IMG/VR virus record: IMGVR_UViG_3300044984_003074
Direction: 5' to 3' (one strand)
Source: a virus
Lineage: Duplodnaviria; Heunggongvirae; Uroviricota; Caudoviricetes
Length of the DNA stretch: 64,000 nt
A program made the translations under genes and the position numbers. The notes beneath the pieces are model-generated. The model was not told where the DNA came from. It ran no database searches and saw nothing but the letters and a program-made list of their open reading frames with translations. Shown here piece by piece: positions 19,544-28,376 of the stretch (within the stretch, counting starts at the first letter, position 1; each line of letters starts with the position of its first letter).

Positions 19544-20378
19544 CAAATCTACTCATTGGGTCATATTGAACTGACTTTTTATAGTGTAATCTATAACCTA
19601 ATCCCTCAATCATTTTTCTACCCATTTCAATTCCATTGAATACATCCTCAATAACAACATACTCGTTTGGTGTGTGGTAATTGTAATATCCAATTGAGAA
19701 GTTAATACAAGAAAAATCAAATTTGTTTCTCAAGGCATAAACATCGGTATATGGATGGACCATGTATTGCATGTCTTCTTTAACCATTCCCTCAGTTAAT
19801 ACTTGGTCAATTTTTTCAAAGAATTCTGTTTCTCTATCAAATAAAATTTGACCAAAACATTTTTCAGTAATCATCCAATTCTCAGGAGCGTCAAATTGAA
19901 TCCCATAACCAACATTGGTAAAGAACTCAGGGTCTGCTTTTTTAGAACCATGACAACCAGTTTCTTCAGATACAAAGAATGCCGCTTTCAAATACGGTAA
20001 TTCTTTAAGTAATGTTAAACAAGCAAAAACTCCGCATTTATCATCACCACCAATCCCTGTAGGAAGACCGTGTAGATTGTATGCTTTAAGTGAATCTTTA
20101 ACTTCACCTTGAGCATTTAATAATTGTTCTTCATGAACAATGATTGTATCTAAATCATGAACTGTGTCTGTGTGGGAAATCACGCATGGGAAAAAGAAAT
20201 CTTCAGGTAATTCCGAATTTTCTTTTTTTGTCGCATAAACATTTTTGTTTTCATCAACATAATGTTCAATATTGTTTTCAGTTAACCAATTAACCAAAAA
20301 TTCAACCATAAGGTCTTCTTTGTATGTTTTACTAGGAACGCTAAGTACTTCCTTTAGTAAGTCTATATTTTGTGTCAT
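19536..20378 (-). CDS. M20/M28/M42-like zinc peptidase family protein
   Basis: 280 aa; ISHTDTVH, GIGGDDKCGV, FFVSEETGCHGS co-catalytic metal motifs. Confidence 0.4.
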   Translation of the reverse strand: MTQNIDLLKEVLSVPSKTYKEDLMVEFLVNWLTENNIEHYVDENKNVYATKKENSELPEDFFFPCVISHTDTVHDLDTIIVHEEQLLNAQGEVKDSLKAYNLHGLPTGIGGDDKCGVFACLTLLKELPYLKAAFFVSEETGCHGSKKADPEFFTNVGYGIQFDAPENWMITEKCFGQILFDRETEFFEKIDQVLTEGMVKEDMQYMVHPYTDVYALRNKFDFSCINFSIGYYNYHTPNEYVVIEDVFNGIEMGRKMIEGLGYRLHYKKSVQYDPMSRFVR

Positions 20379-20398
20379 AGCACAAAGATAATAAAAAT

Positions 20399-21544
20399 TT
20401 AGATTTCTTCCAAATTAAATAATGAAGGTTGATATAATAAATGATTAAAATTTTCCTCACTTAATTTAACTTTTTTAAATCCAAGAGGTGTTTGTAATTC
20501 AACAATGATTTTCATATCATTTCTATCAAATTCTTTAATCTGAAATCTGTATTTTTTGTCTTTAGGTAAGTCGTACCAACTATTTAATTTGAATTTAGAA
20601 GTTATACGAGTTCTAAAATCTAAATATTCTTTTATTCCACCATTAATCTCATCACTGTTTGACTCCAAACTTTCTAACATTTCATCAAATTGTCTACCCA
20701 CATAGTTATTGAAAGATTTTGAATCAAAATACTCAGGGTCTTGATATTCATAACTGTTTTCATACCACCCACCAAATTGACCACCTCCACCGTTATTATC
20801 ACTAGCCCTTTTAAGTACACTAGCAACTAATTCTTTGGCATCACCATTGTATAAATTTGATTGTAAAGCAGCAGCATACAAATCCGACAATTTTATATCA
20901 ATCCTATCAAATCCACTATTAATGTTTGCTCCAACACTTAATAAAACATCATCAAATTCTTCTTTAATTACTTTATTGGCAACAGCATTCATTTCACTTT
21001 CTTTTTCCATTTCAAAATCACCAAGGATGTAGTCAATTTCTTTTGGAAACACATCTAATAAAATTTGAGATAATGCAATTTTAAAATCTTCATTAGTTAA
21101 ATCAAATTCTTTACCCGATAAAAGAATTGAAGAGAGGTCTTTAAGTTTATCTACATTTTCTTCATCTAACTCACCGTACACACCATACCCATCTTTAAAA
21201 TCTTGCTCTATTTGATATGAGTCCATAAAGTCATAACCGTCATATCCATTTAATGCTCTCATAAACCATATGTCATCATCACTCATCTCAAGTAAATTTA
21301 AAAGTTCTTCTTCATTTTTAAACTCTATAGTTAACATTGTTTGACCTAAAGGTGTTTTGGGTTCAATATAGTATATGGAATCATCAATGTCATATAAATC
21401 ATCTTTAGTGATTTTACCTTTAGCATAATTTCTTAAGGCAATAACAAAATTGTCGTTTGGTCCATTTGACTCATCATCAGATTCTTTAACAATTCTTTTA
21501 ATAACCTGAATTAATTCAGACTCACTTAATTTAATTTTACCCAT
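20399..21544 (-). CDS. hypothetical protein
   Basis: 381 aa ORF. Confidence 0.3.
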   Translation of the reverse strand: MGKIKLSESELIQVIKRIVKESDDESNGPNDNFVIALRNYAKGKITKDDLYDIDDSIYYIEPKTPLGQTMLTIEFKNEEELLNLLEMSDDDIWFMRALNGYDGYDFMDSYQIEQDFKDGYGVYGELDEENVDKLKDLSSILLSGKEFDLTNEDFKIALSQILLDVFPKEIDYILGDFEMEKESEMNAVANKVIKEEFDDVLLSVGANINSGFDRIDIKLSDLYAAALQSNLYNGDAKELVASVLKRASDNNGGGGQFGGWYENSYEYQDPEYFDSKSFNNYVGRQFDEMLESLESNSDEINGGIKEYLDFRTRITSKFKLNSWYDLPKDKKYRFQIKEFDRNDMKIIVELQTPLGFKKVKLSEENFNHLLYQPSLFNLEEI

Positions 21545-21622
21545 TAAAAACTATTTTTAATATAAATACCTTTTCTGTTTGGAATCTACATATTTATTTC
21601 TATCTTTGTAGTGTTAAAATAA

Positions 21623-22018
21623 GGGGATGAAATGGAATTGACTGGCATTACTACTTATTTGGGGCACGTAGTCAAACATCATCTATGACTTAAATCTGTG
21701 ATGGTAAAATTCAATTGGCAATACTTTTGCTAAGCTTTCTGCTTTAGGTTTGACTAGAGAAGAAGCTGTTGTTACTGCATAGTTCAGGGAACAACAAGGG
21801 GTCGGTTAGAACATTCAACCTAGCAACAGAAGTTCAGTATACGGGTGACAGGTTAGAGCTCGTTTAAAATAACTCTAAGACCAAGTTGTTTGCAGGTAGG
21901 TTTCTCACATACATCAGACCTGATATTTTGGAACATTGAGAACTAATGTTATCCTAAACGTGTAGTCCTGAACAATTAGGGTGAACAACACTCGGCTTCG
22001 AAGCCGACATCTCCACCA
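21623..22018 (+). ncRNA. ssrA: tmRNA-like (ssrA) gene with encoded CCA
   Basis: 5' GGGGAUGAAAUGGAAUUGACUGG resembles tmRNA 5' consensus; 3' ...UCGGCUUCGAAGCCGACAUCUCCACCA gives T-arm plus 7-bp acceptor pairing with 5' end incl. G3:U70 (Ala identity); ~396 nt; strong terminator follows. Confidence 0.55.
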
Positions 22019-22023
22019 AAAAG

Positions 22024-22050
22024 AAAACCCATCAATTGATGGGTTTTTTA
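22024..22050 (+). terminator. rho-independent terminator (AAACCCATCAATTGATGGGTTT + T-run)
   Basis: hairpin immediately 3' of tmRNA-like CCA; same hairpin core recurs at 25633-25660. Confidence 0.6.
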
Positions 22051-22357
22051 TTTTATTATACTTAACGATTAGATAACTTTCGAAAGTAGATATACAGTCC
22101 AAAAAATAATCCCGCAATACCATACAACACGAAGTTCGCTTTCCATAAACTTCCTGTCAGTAATATTAGGGAATATTGTACGGCATCGAAACCAAAAGGA
22201 TTGAAGAATAATGCGAGCATTAAAAATACCTGTGATAGGTTGTCTTGGAGGCTCCGTCTCCAAGTTTTCATTTTTTTCATCATCCTCCATTTACAGATAT
22301 TTAAAATTTATGTCGTAAGACTTTTTGTTTTTCTTATAAATATCGTATCTTTGTATT

Positions 22358-23059
22358 ATGTTGAAGTGTTATAAGCATATTGGGATAGATAATAATGATT
22401 GGTGCTGGGAATGCCAAGAATTAACTGACGCTATTAGATTTGAATCAATTAAATTATTAAATAAAATGAAAACAAATAAGGTAATATTTTTGGATAATGA
22501 CGGGGTAATCTGTCTCTCCAATAATTGGGGTGGTCGAGCCAAAAAATGGAAGAAGTATAAGAAACTTAATCCTGAAGCAACTAGCGACACTGTAGCACCC
22601 GTTGAAGTACGATTTGATGATTTTGATAAGAAAGCCGTTAAAGTATTAAATGATGTCTTAGAATTAACAGGTGCTGAACTTGTTGTTTCTTCTGATTGGA
22701 GATTACACGCAACATTGGAAGAAATTGGTGAATATTACCTGTCAAAAGGAATCTCAAAGGCACCAATAGCATTCACCAAACGATACATCGGTTGTGATAA
22801 ACCTGATGAGTTTGTATGGAGACGAAGTACAATGCATGAACAACAAAGATGTATTGAGGTTAGACAATATCTAACAGACCATCCCGAAATCACACATTGG
22901 GCTTGTATTGACGATTTACAGTTAGGAGGGAAAGATTCTTATGGTTATGAACAAGTATGGGGATTATCTAACTTTGTTCATACACCAAGAGAAAATGAAG
23001 GAATCAAACAATCTGGTGTTAAAGAAAAATTATTGGAATATTTAACTAATAATGATTGA
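22358..23059 (+). CDS. HAD-superfamily hydrolase
   Basis: 233 aa; motif I VIFLDNDGVI, motif IV WACIDDL. Confidence 0.45.
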   Translation: MLKCYKHIGIDNNDWCWECQELTDAIRFESIKLLNKMKTNKVIFLDNDGVICLSNNWGGRAKKWKKYKKLNPEATSDTVAPVEVRFDDFDKKAVKVLNDVLELTGAELVVSSDWRLHATLEEIGEYYLSKGISKAPIAFTKRYIGCDKPDEFVWRRSTMHEQQRCIEVRQYLTDHPEITHWACIDDLQLGGKDSYGYEQVWGLSNFVHTPRENEGIKQSGVKEKLLEYLTNND

Positions 23060-23438
23060 TATAAAAAAAATTATTGAGGAAAGAGGACCAATGGGTAAAT
23101 TAAAAGGTATTGCACCTGAAGGATTTCTATTGGTTCATGAAGATACTTTAACAGAATTAAAAGATTTTGAAGTTTGGAAAGAATGGAAAAATAATCAAAT
23201 TTCTATTGAGGAATTAAACAATAAACACTTTGATAAAATATAAACATTATTATCATTGTGTCATAATTAAAATCGTTGGGTTTATGAGCACTTGAATTGG
23301 GGTAGAACCTAACAAGGTAAATCATAACACTTCAACGTATGGTGGTCAAACTAGTGTAATTTGCTGCAGCGATGAACGGAAGTGCACTCTTAGGGTTAAT
23401 CCCACTAGTCCCTGACCACTTTTATATCAAAAAAAAAT

Positions 23439-23624
23439 ATGAAAAAATTATTTAGAAAAAGAAATTCAAAATTTGCAGGTATCTGTTCAGGTCTTGCAGA
23501 TTATTTAGGCATTGATGAAAGTGTGGTAAAAGTTATTTTTATAGTTGCAATTTTTACCCCAATCCCAATTATTTTTACTTATCTTGTACTTTGGATGGTA
23601 ATACCAAAAGAACCAAAAATTTAA
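23439..23624 (+). CDS. PspC-domain membrane protein
   Basis: 61 aa; RKRNSKFAGICSGLADYLGIDESVVKVIF then TM helix. Confidence 0.5.
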   Translation: MKKLFRKRNSKFAGICSGLADYLGIDESVVKVIFIVAIFTPIPIIFTYLVLWMVIPKEPKI

Positions 23625-23625
23625 T

Positions 23626-24021
23626 ATGAGTACGGTAATTAAAAATCCAACCCTTTTTGTTGATATTGATGGTACTTTAGTTAAGTACAGAAAATTCAGT
23701 GAACTTGCGGAGTCAGTATTAACTCCAATCCAAGATGTTATTGATTTTGTTAATGGTCATTTTAACTCAGGAGCTGTTATTATTATCACAACTGCTCGCC
23801 CTGAATCATATAGAGAATTTACAGAAAACGAACTAAACATCCTTGGGATTAAATTTAATCAAATAGTTATGAATTGTGGCCGAGGGACAAGAGTTGTTTT
23901 AAATGACGTTGACCCTGACAAACCAGAATTACCAAGAGCTATTGGTATAAACTTAAAAAGAGATGAAGGTTTGAAAGATATCCAAATACCATCTAATATT
24001 AGTCCTTATGAATCAAATTAA
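23626..24021 (+). CDS. small HAD-like phosphatase
   Basis: 131 aa; LFVDIDGTL motif I, IIITTARP motif II. Confidence 0.4.
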   Translation: MSTVIKNPTLFVDIDGTLVKYRKFSELAESVLTPIQDVIDFVNGHFNSGAVIIITTARPESYREFTENELNILGIKFNQIVMNCGRGTRVVLNDVDPDKPELPRAIGINLKRDEGLKDIQIPSNISPYESN

Positions 24022-24349
24022 AGTATCCGCTAAACGACATTTAGCAAAAACAATTAGTTATAGAATAATCAGTACCGCAGTTGGATTTTTAATCATGTGG
24101 TGGGCAACAGGTAATATAACATTTGGTGCCGCTTTTGGGGTTGCCGAATTATTGTACAAACCTATTCAATATTATATTCATGAAAGAGTTTGGTACCGTT
24201 TTATTAAGTTCGGTTTAGTTGAAGATAAGCCTATTAGAAAAATTAAATCTGAAAAAAAGACCCCGAAGGAATCTACGTTATTAACGGGATTACCTGAAAA
24301 AACTCAAGAAAAAATTAAAAGATTAACTTATTCTAAAAAGACCAATTAA
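24008..24349 (+). CDS. DUF2061-like membrane protein
   Basis: 113 aa; AKTISYRIISTAVGF...YYIHERVW signature. Confidence 0.4.
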   Translation: MNQIKVSAKRHLAKTISYRIISTAVGFLIMWWATGNITFGAAFGVAELLYKPIQYYIHERVWYRFIKFGLVEDKPIRKIKSEKKTPKESTLLTGLPEKTQEKIKRLTYSKKTN

Positions 24350-24389
24350 TAGTTGGTCTTTTTTTTATGTAATTAAGGTATTTATTATT

Positions 24390-25628
24390 ATGGGAAAAGA
24401 ATCAAAATTAGTCAATGAAATTTTATCATTGTATAAAACCATTTTAGAAAACAAAGAATTGGTTGAAGCTTCTGATGTATATGATAATGTAGATTTTAAA
24501 GATAATGTTGTTGGGAAAAGTACTCCTTCAAAAGATAATATTAACACCGCACTTTTACAAGATATACAAACAGCAGCAAAATCTGCAGGACTTAAAGTAG
24601 ATATTACAACTGCGGTTAGTGGTCATGATACAGGAACAAGACACGAATCGGGTAATGCTGTGGACATTGCAATGATTAATGGTAGGGCGGTAAGTACTTC
24701 TAACAGAGCCGACGCCGATAAGTTAGTTGGGGTATTAGTTCAAATGGGATACAAAAAAAATGTTGAGTCTGGTAACGAAAAAGCGGTTTTAACTTTTGGA
24801 TTTCCAGGACATAACAATCATGTACATGTTTCAAATAAAGGTGGTGCATCATCAGTAACACCATCAGGAGATACCGCATCAGATACAGCATATAAAGCGG
24901 CAACCAAACCTGAAGGAGTTAGTCAAGCAACATTTTCGGCATTTAATAACCCTAATGCGGCAACAGACACTCTTTTACTTGACCCTAGTTCACAAGTAAA
25001 ATCCCTAAAGAATTTAGCAAATGAAACTCGCCAAATTAAAGAAAATAAACATTTTGGTAACAACATATCAAATAGATATGGTAGATTAATTATCCCAAAA
25101 GATTCTAACCCAAAAATAAAAAGCCCAATTTCAGGTGAAATTATTAACAAATATTCACCAAGTTGTAAAAACCAAATTACAGTAAAAAGTAACGGTAAAA
25201 AAACAACTTACCTACAATTTTGTGGAATAAGTCACCCTTCTGTCAGAGTTGGACAATCAATATCAAATGGTGATATATTAGGTAAAACTGATACAGATGT
25301 TGAAGTAACAATGTATGATGATACTTGGAATACAATTAAAATTAGTGACAACTCAAACACTAAAGAATATGATGACGTTAAGAAAAAAGATAGAAATTCA
25401 GGACAGTCATTTTCTGACCCATTAACCGCTATGATGGCATCTGTACCTGGAAAAATTTTTAATAAAGTACTTGGAGACAAATACGATAAAAATGGTAATA
25501 GAACTCAAAAAAGGTGGGGCGGTGTTGCAGATAAAGAACCTGTTGACCCTTGGCTTTTAGATTTAGTTAAAAGTCCTTTTAAAAAGAAAGTTACTGAAAA
25601 TATAAAAAGAATTAAAAAATTATTATAA
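24390..25628 (+). CDS. M15-family zinc peptidase domain protein (putative peptidoglycan L-Ala-D-Glu/DD-peptidase; virion lysin or endolysin)
   Basis: 412 aa; SGHDTGTRHESGNAVDIA (H-x6-D) and HNNHVHVS (HxH) zinc ligands. Confidence 0.45.
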   Translation: MGKESKLVNEILSLYKTILENKELVEASDVYDNVDFKDNVVGKSTPSKDNINTALLQDIQTAAKSAGLKVDITTAVSGHDTGTRHESGNAVDIAMINGRAVSTSNRADADKLVGVLVQMGYKKNVESGNEKAVLTFGFPGHNNHVHVSNKGGASSVTPSGDTASDTAYKAATKPEGVSQATFSAFNNPNAATDTLLLDPSSQVKSLKNLANETRQIKENKHFGNNISNRYGRLIIPKDSNPKIKSPISGEIINKYSPSCKNQITVKSNGKKTTYLQFCGISHPSVRVGQSISNGDILGKTDTDVEVTMYDDTWNTIKISDNSNTKEYDDVKKKDRNSGQSFSDPLTAMMASVPGKIFNKVLGDKYDKNGNRTQKRWGGVADKEPVDPWLLDLVKSPFKKKVTENIKRIKKLL

Positions 25629-25632
25629 TAAA

Positions 25633-25660
25633 AAAACCCATCAATTGATGGGTTTTTTCT
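25633..25660 (+). terminator. rho-independent terminator (CCCATCAATTGATGGG core) duplicate of the post-tmRNA hairpin
   Basis: identical 16-nt palindromic core plus T-run. Confidence 0.55.
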
Positions 25661-25677
25661 TTCCTAATAGAATGTAA

Positions 25678-25917
25678 TTATTTTTTTACTTCTACGGCTG
25701 GTGTTTCAGCTTTTACTGAGTCCACAATTACTGATGTAGAATCCACTTTTACTGAGTCTACAGTTACTGTAGTTGAGTCTGTTAAGTCAGAGTTAGTTTC
25801 ACTTGATTTTTTGTTTCCACAAGAGGATAACGATACGATTGCAACAATTGCAAATAATGCTACGATTTTTTTCATAATTTTTTTTGTTTTATTTATTATT
25901 AGATTATAAATATACAA
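25678..25917 (-). CDS. small lipoprotein with VDSVKV repeats
   Basis: 79 aa; signal peptide + SSCG lipobox. Confidence 0.4.
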   Translation of the reverse strand: MYIYNLIINKTKKIMKKIVALFAIVAIVSLSSCGNKKSSETNSDLTDSTTVTVDSVKVDSTSVIVDSVKAETPAVEVKK

Positions 25918-25959
25918 GAACTATACTGATATGTCAATTTTTCTTACATATTTTTTCTG

Positions 25960-26044
25960 CGGAAAATGAGAGACTCGAACTCTCGCATCATTTTATCGAT
26001 GTACGGTTTAGCAAACCGCTGCATTACCACTCTGCCAACCTTCC
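25960..26044 (-). tRNA. tRNA-Ser (anticodon GCU), type II
   Basis: GGAAGGTTGGCAGAGTGG...loop TTGCTAA, long variable arm, T-arm GAGAGTTCGAGTCTCTC. Confidence 0.7.
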
Positions 26045-26049
26045 TTATA

Positions 26050-26394
26050 TTATATTAGGTGTAGTAAGATATATGACAATTTATATCCTGTAAAAGCGCC
26101 CAATGCGGATGGTATTGGGAATACAATTAATTTACCTAAATCAGTTACGTATTTTGGTCTATTTACAATTTTACCCATAAAAAAGTAATATATTAAATAA
26201 CCCATTAAAACCGCAATATCTGTACGTGTTGCAATAAAAACTACTAAAGTGGCCCCTAAGAACCCAAAAGTAAAATTATCCCTTACACCTTCCCAAACTT
26301 CTTTAGTTGATGCACTTTTATATTCTTTTACAATCTTTTTGAATTGGGCTTTATGCCCCTTTTTCTTTTTTTCTATTATTTCTGTTGTTTCCAT
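26050..26394 (-). CDS. hypothetical membrane protein
   Basis: 114 aa, two TM segments. Confidence 0.3.
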   Translation of the reverse strand: METTEIIEKKKKGHKAQFKKIVKEYKSASTKEVWEGVRDNFTFGFLGATLVVFIATRTDIAVLMGYLIYYFFMGKIVNRPKYVTDLGKLIVFPIPSALGAFTGYKLSYILLHLI

Positions 26395-26395
26395 G

Positions 26396-26470
26396 TTGGA
26401 ATAGATGGACTCGAACCATCGACTTTCACCGTATCAGGATGACACTCTAACCAACTGAGTTATATTCCAT
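26396..26470 (-). tRNA. tRNA-Ile (anticodon GAU)
   Basis: D-arm CTCAGTTGGTTAGAG, loop CTGATAC, T-arm GATGGTTCGAGTCCATC. Confidence 0.65.
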
Positions 26471-26561
26471 TATTATTTTTACAAAGATAGTTAATTTATC
26501 CCATAAAAAAAATCCCCCTGACTTTTAATCAGAGGGATTTAGTATTTAAATCTCTTCTATA

Positions 26562-27140
26562 TTAAAAGTATGTTTGTTCAAAGTATAATACTTGGAACTT
26601 ATCTTTACTATCAATTAAACTCAATGCATTAATTAAGTCGTTATACTCAACTACGGCACCTTTTTGAATTTTTCTAAATTTAGTTAAAACATCAAATGTT
26701 GTAATATCATCAGAAAATACTGTTTGTGAATCTTTGTTATATGCTTTCATTAATGCCAATTCCATTTCATAAGCTCCATTAATAATTTCTTCCAAACTAT
26801 TGAAAGTATGACTAATTTTTGCTGATGGGATTTCAGGGATAATATTGAAATCGGTCATATATTGTTGTAAAATCTCAGAATGACCTAATTCATCTTTTGC
26901 CTCATTTTCAAAAAACGCTGCCGCTTTTTTGTAGTTCATATCCGCACACCAGTTAGTTGCCGCTCTGTAATAATAATGTGCAGTATATTCGTCTTTGATT
27001 CTATCAGTTAAGATTTTAATTGTCTTATCTGATAACGAGTATAATTTAGGTGACTTTGTTAAACCTGGTTTGTTTTCCGCCTCATTCAAGTGCATCACTT
27101 TAAATAATTGTTCCTTTGTTAATGTTAATTTCTTTTCCAT
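26562..27140 (-). CDS. ferritin-like protein (start at internal Met; ORF-track N-terminus is read-through of tRNA-His)
   Basis: EYTAHYYYRAA ... NEAKDELGHSEIL ... ferritin ExxH/di-iron motifs; 5' part of listed ORF 26562..27287 overlaps tRNA gene. Confidence 0.5.
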   Translation of the reverse strand: MEKKLTLTKEQLFKVMHLNEAENKPGLTKSPKLYSLSDKTIKILTDRIKDEYTAHYYYRAATNWCADMNYKKAAAFFENEAKDELGHSEILQQYMTDFNIIPEIPSAKISHTFNSLEEIINGAYEMELALMKAYNKDSQTVFSDDITTFDVLTKFRKIQKGAVVEYNDLINALSLIDSKDKFQVLYFEQTYF

Positions 27141-27176
27141 ACTAATAAATAGTCGGTATAGATGAAAAATATTAGG

Positions 27177-27249
27177 GTGACTAACGGGAATCGAACCCGT
27201 GACAACTTGGACCACAACCAAGCGCTCTACCAACTGAGCTATAGCCACC
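27177..27249 (-). tRNA. tRNA-His (anticodon GUG)
   Basis: GGTGGCTATAGCTCAGTTGGTAGAGC, loop TTGTGGT, discriminator C. Confidence 0.75.
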
Positions 27250-27254
27250 ATATG

Positions 27255-27324
27255 TTGCGTGTTTGGGTTTCGAACCCAATTGACCATCCTTATGAGAGAT
27301 AGTTCTTTTCCTCTAAGTCACGCA
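27255..27324 (-). tRNA. tRNA with CAU anticodon (Met/fMet/Ile2), short atypical D-arm
   Basis: acceptor TGCGTGA/ACACGCA, AC stem TATCT/GGATG loop CTCATAA, T-arm TTGGGTTCGAAACCCAA. Confidence 0.45.
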
Positions 27325-27330
27325 GTTTAG

Positions 27331-27403
27331 AGGTTCTATTAGGATTCGAACCTAAACTCCGAATTCCGTAGATTCGTGTGCTAATCCGTTACACCATAAA
27401 ACC
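27331..27403 (-). tRNA. tRNA-Arg (anticodon ACG)
   Basis: AC stem CGAAT/ATTCG loop CTACGGA; T-arm TTAGGTTCGAATCCTAA. Confidence 0.7.
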
Positions 27404-27485
27404 CTAATTACCGATTATTGTCCCATTTAACAATTATCATCAAAACAATCCACAAAATTAAAAACCACATACTTTATTTATTTAG

Positions 27486-27556
27486 TTACCCGACCAAGAC
27501 TCGAACTTGGAACGACTGTACCAAAAACAGTTGTGTTACCATTACACCATCGGGCA
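27486..27556 (-). tRNA. tRNA-Gln (anticodon UUG)
   Basis: AC stem ACTGT/ACAGT loop TTTTGGT; T-arm CCAAGTTCGAGTCTTGG. Confidence 0.7.
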
Positions 27557-27562
27557 ATACTG

Positions 27563-27636
27563 TGGACCATCCAGGACTCGAACCTGGGACCTTCTCGTTA
27601 TGAGCGAGCTACTCTAACCGACTGAGTTAAAGGTCC
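27563..27636 (-). tRNA. tRNA-Met (anticodon CAU)
   Basis: D-arm CTCAGTCGGTTAGAG, loop CTCATAA, T-arm CCAGGTTCGAGTCCTGG. Confidence 0.65.
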
Positions 27637-27786
27637 AAAATTGACTACTACCTGACTCCTTTCGAACTTTGCAGGCTCGTATCATTCAATAATAGTAGTC
27701 CAAGGCGTTACGCACCCATCTGATAACTTTACTTCTCTTGAGTCCGGATAAGCGCTTACCAACTCAGGGGTTGTTTCCTTGTTTGT

Positions 27787-27866
27787 GGGAGTGGAGGGAT
27801 TCGAACCCCCAATGTCGTAGACCACAGATTTACAGTCTGCTAAGCGACCAATTGCTCAACACTCCC
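27787..27866 (-). tRNA. tRNA-Tyr (anticodon GUA), long variable arm
   Basis: GGGAGTGTTGAGCAATTGG..., loop CTGTAAA, T-arm TGGGGGTTCGAATCCCTCC. Confidence 0.7.
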
Positions 27867-28168
27867 AATTATAAAACAGACAATGAGGATTCTCCGATAT
27901 TTCAGTCTTAGGGGACTAGACGGGCATCATACCCGTGTTTACCCTCGGCGGTCTCTTGGTTTGGTTGATTACTCCGAACCTCACCCCTACACTACCACTG
28001 ACGTAAGTTATAGGTCTGTCTTAATTCTTTTAGGAAAACAGAAGATGGTTGCGTGGACATCTGTTTTTACGATTAGCGTTACTTAGGTGAATACCTCCCA
28101 ACTCCGATTGTACTAGCCGGCATTCACTCTCGAACTATTAGTACAATCATTCCCCAATCAACCTTTTG
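27867..28168 (-). ncRNA. GC-rich structured non-tRNA segment inside tRNA array (stable RNA or intron-like)
   Basis: ~300 nt at ~50% GC vs ~33% genome; multiple hairpins (CGGGCATCATACCCG; GTGAAT/ATTCAC); no convincing ORF (listed 67-aa ORF rejected). Confidence 0.35.
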
Positions 28169-28249
28169 CACGCTTGGAGGGATTCGAACCCCCACCAACG
28201 GTGTTGGAGACCGTGATGCTACCGTTGCACTACAAACGTATTTATTTAC
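28169..28249 (-). tRNA. tRNA-Trp (anticodon CCA)
   Basis: AC stem ACGGT/ACCGT loop CTCCAAC; T-arm GGGGGTTCGAATCCCTC. Confidence 0.7.
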
Positions 28250-28253
28250 TGCT

Positions 28254-28297
28254 CAAATTTAAGAGTATTTACTGCTCAAATTTAAGATTTTTGAGGT
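28254..28297. repeat. 2x tandem direct repeat of 21-23 bp (ATTTACTGCTCAAATTTAAGA) between tRNA-Trp and tRNA-Cys
   Basis: copies at 28254-28274 and 28277-28297. Confidence 0.8.
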
Positions 28298-28303
28298 CGG
28301 TAC

Positions 28304-28376
28304 AGGATTTGAACCTGTGTGAATAGTTTTGCAGACTACCGCCTAAGCCACTCGGCCAACCGACCCTATCTAATTT
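28304..28376 (-). tRNA. tRNA-Cys (anticodon GCA)
   Basis: GGTCGGTTGGCCGAGTGGCTTAGGC, loop CTGCAAA, T-arm ACAGGTTCAAATCCTGT. Confidence 0.7.

Noticed and set aside
21700-21830. Specific tmRNA tag peptide assignment
   Set aside because: No frame gives a canonical ...YALAA/…LAA ending. Alternatives (…AVVTA*, …LSFLL*, KHHL*) are all unconvincing, so no tag CDS is annotated.
27883-28086. 67-aa ORF inside tRNA array (also 30358-30555, 30964-31200, 31021-31386, 31344-31553, 33687-34028, 57335-57662 ORFs)
   Set aside because: Overlap tRNA genes or GC-rich structured RNA segments, have odd composition and no start context. They are likely artefacts of translating RNA genes.
27867-28168. Possible group I intron (motifs resembling P7: AGACUGAAAUAUCGG / UCUAGUCC)
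   Set aside because: Only loose resemblance. No flanking split tRNA exons could be reconstructed. Left as unresolved structured RNA rather than called an intron.
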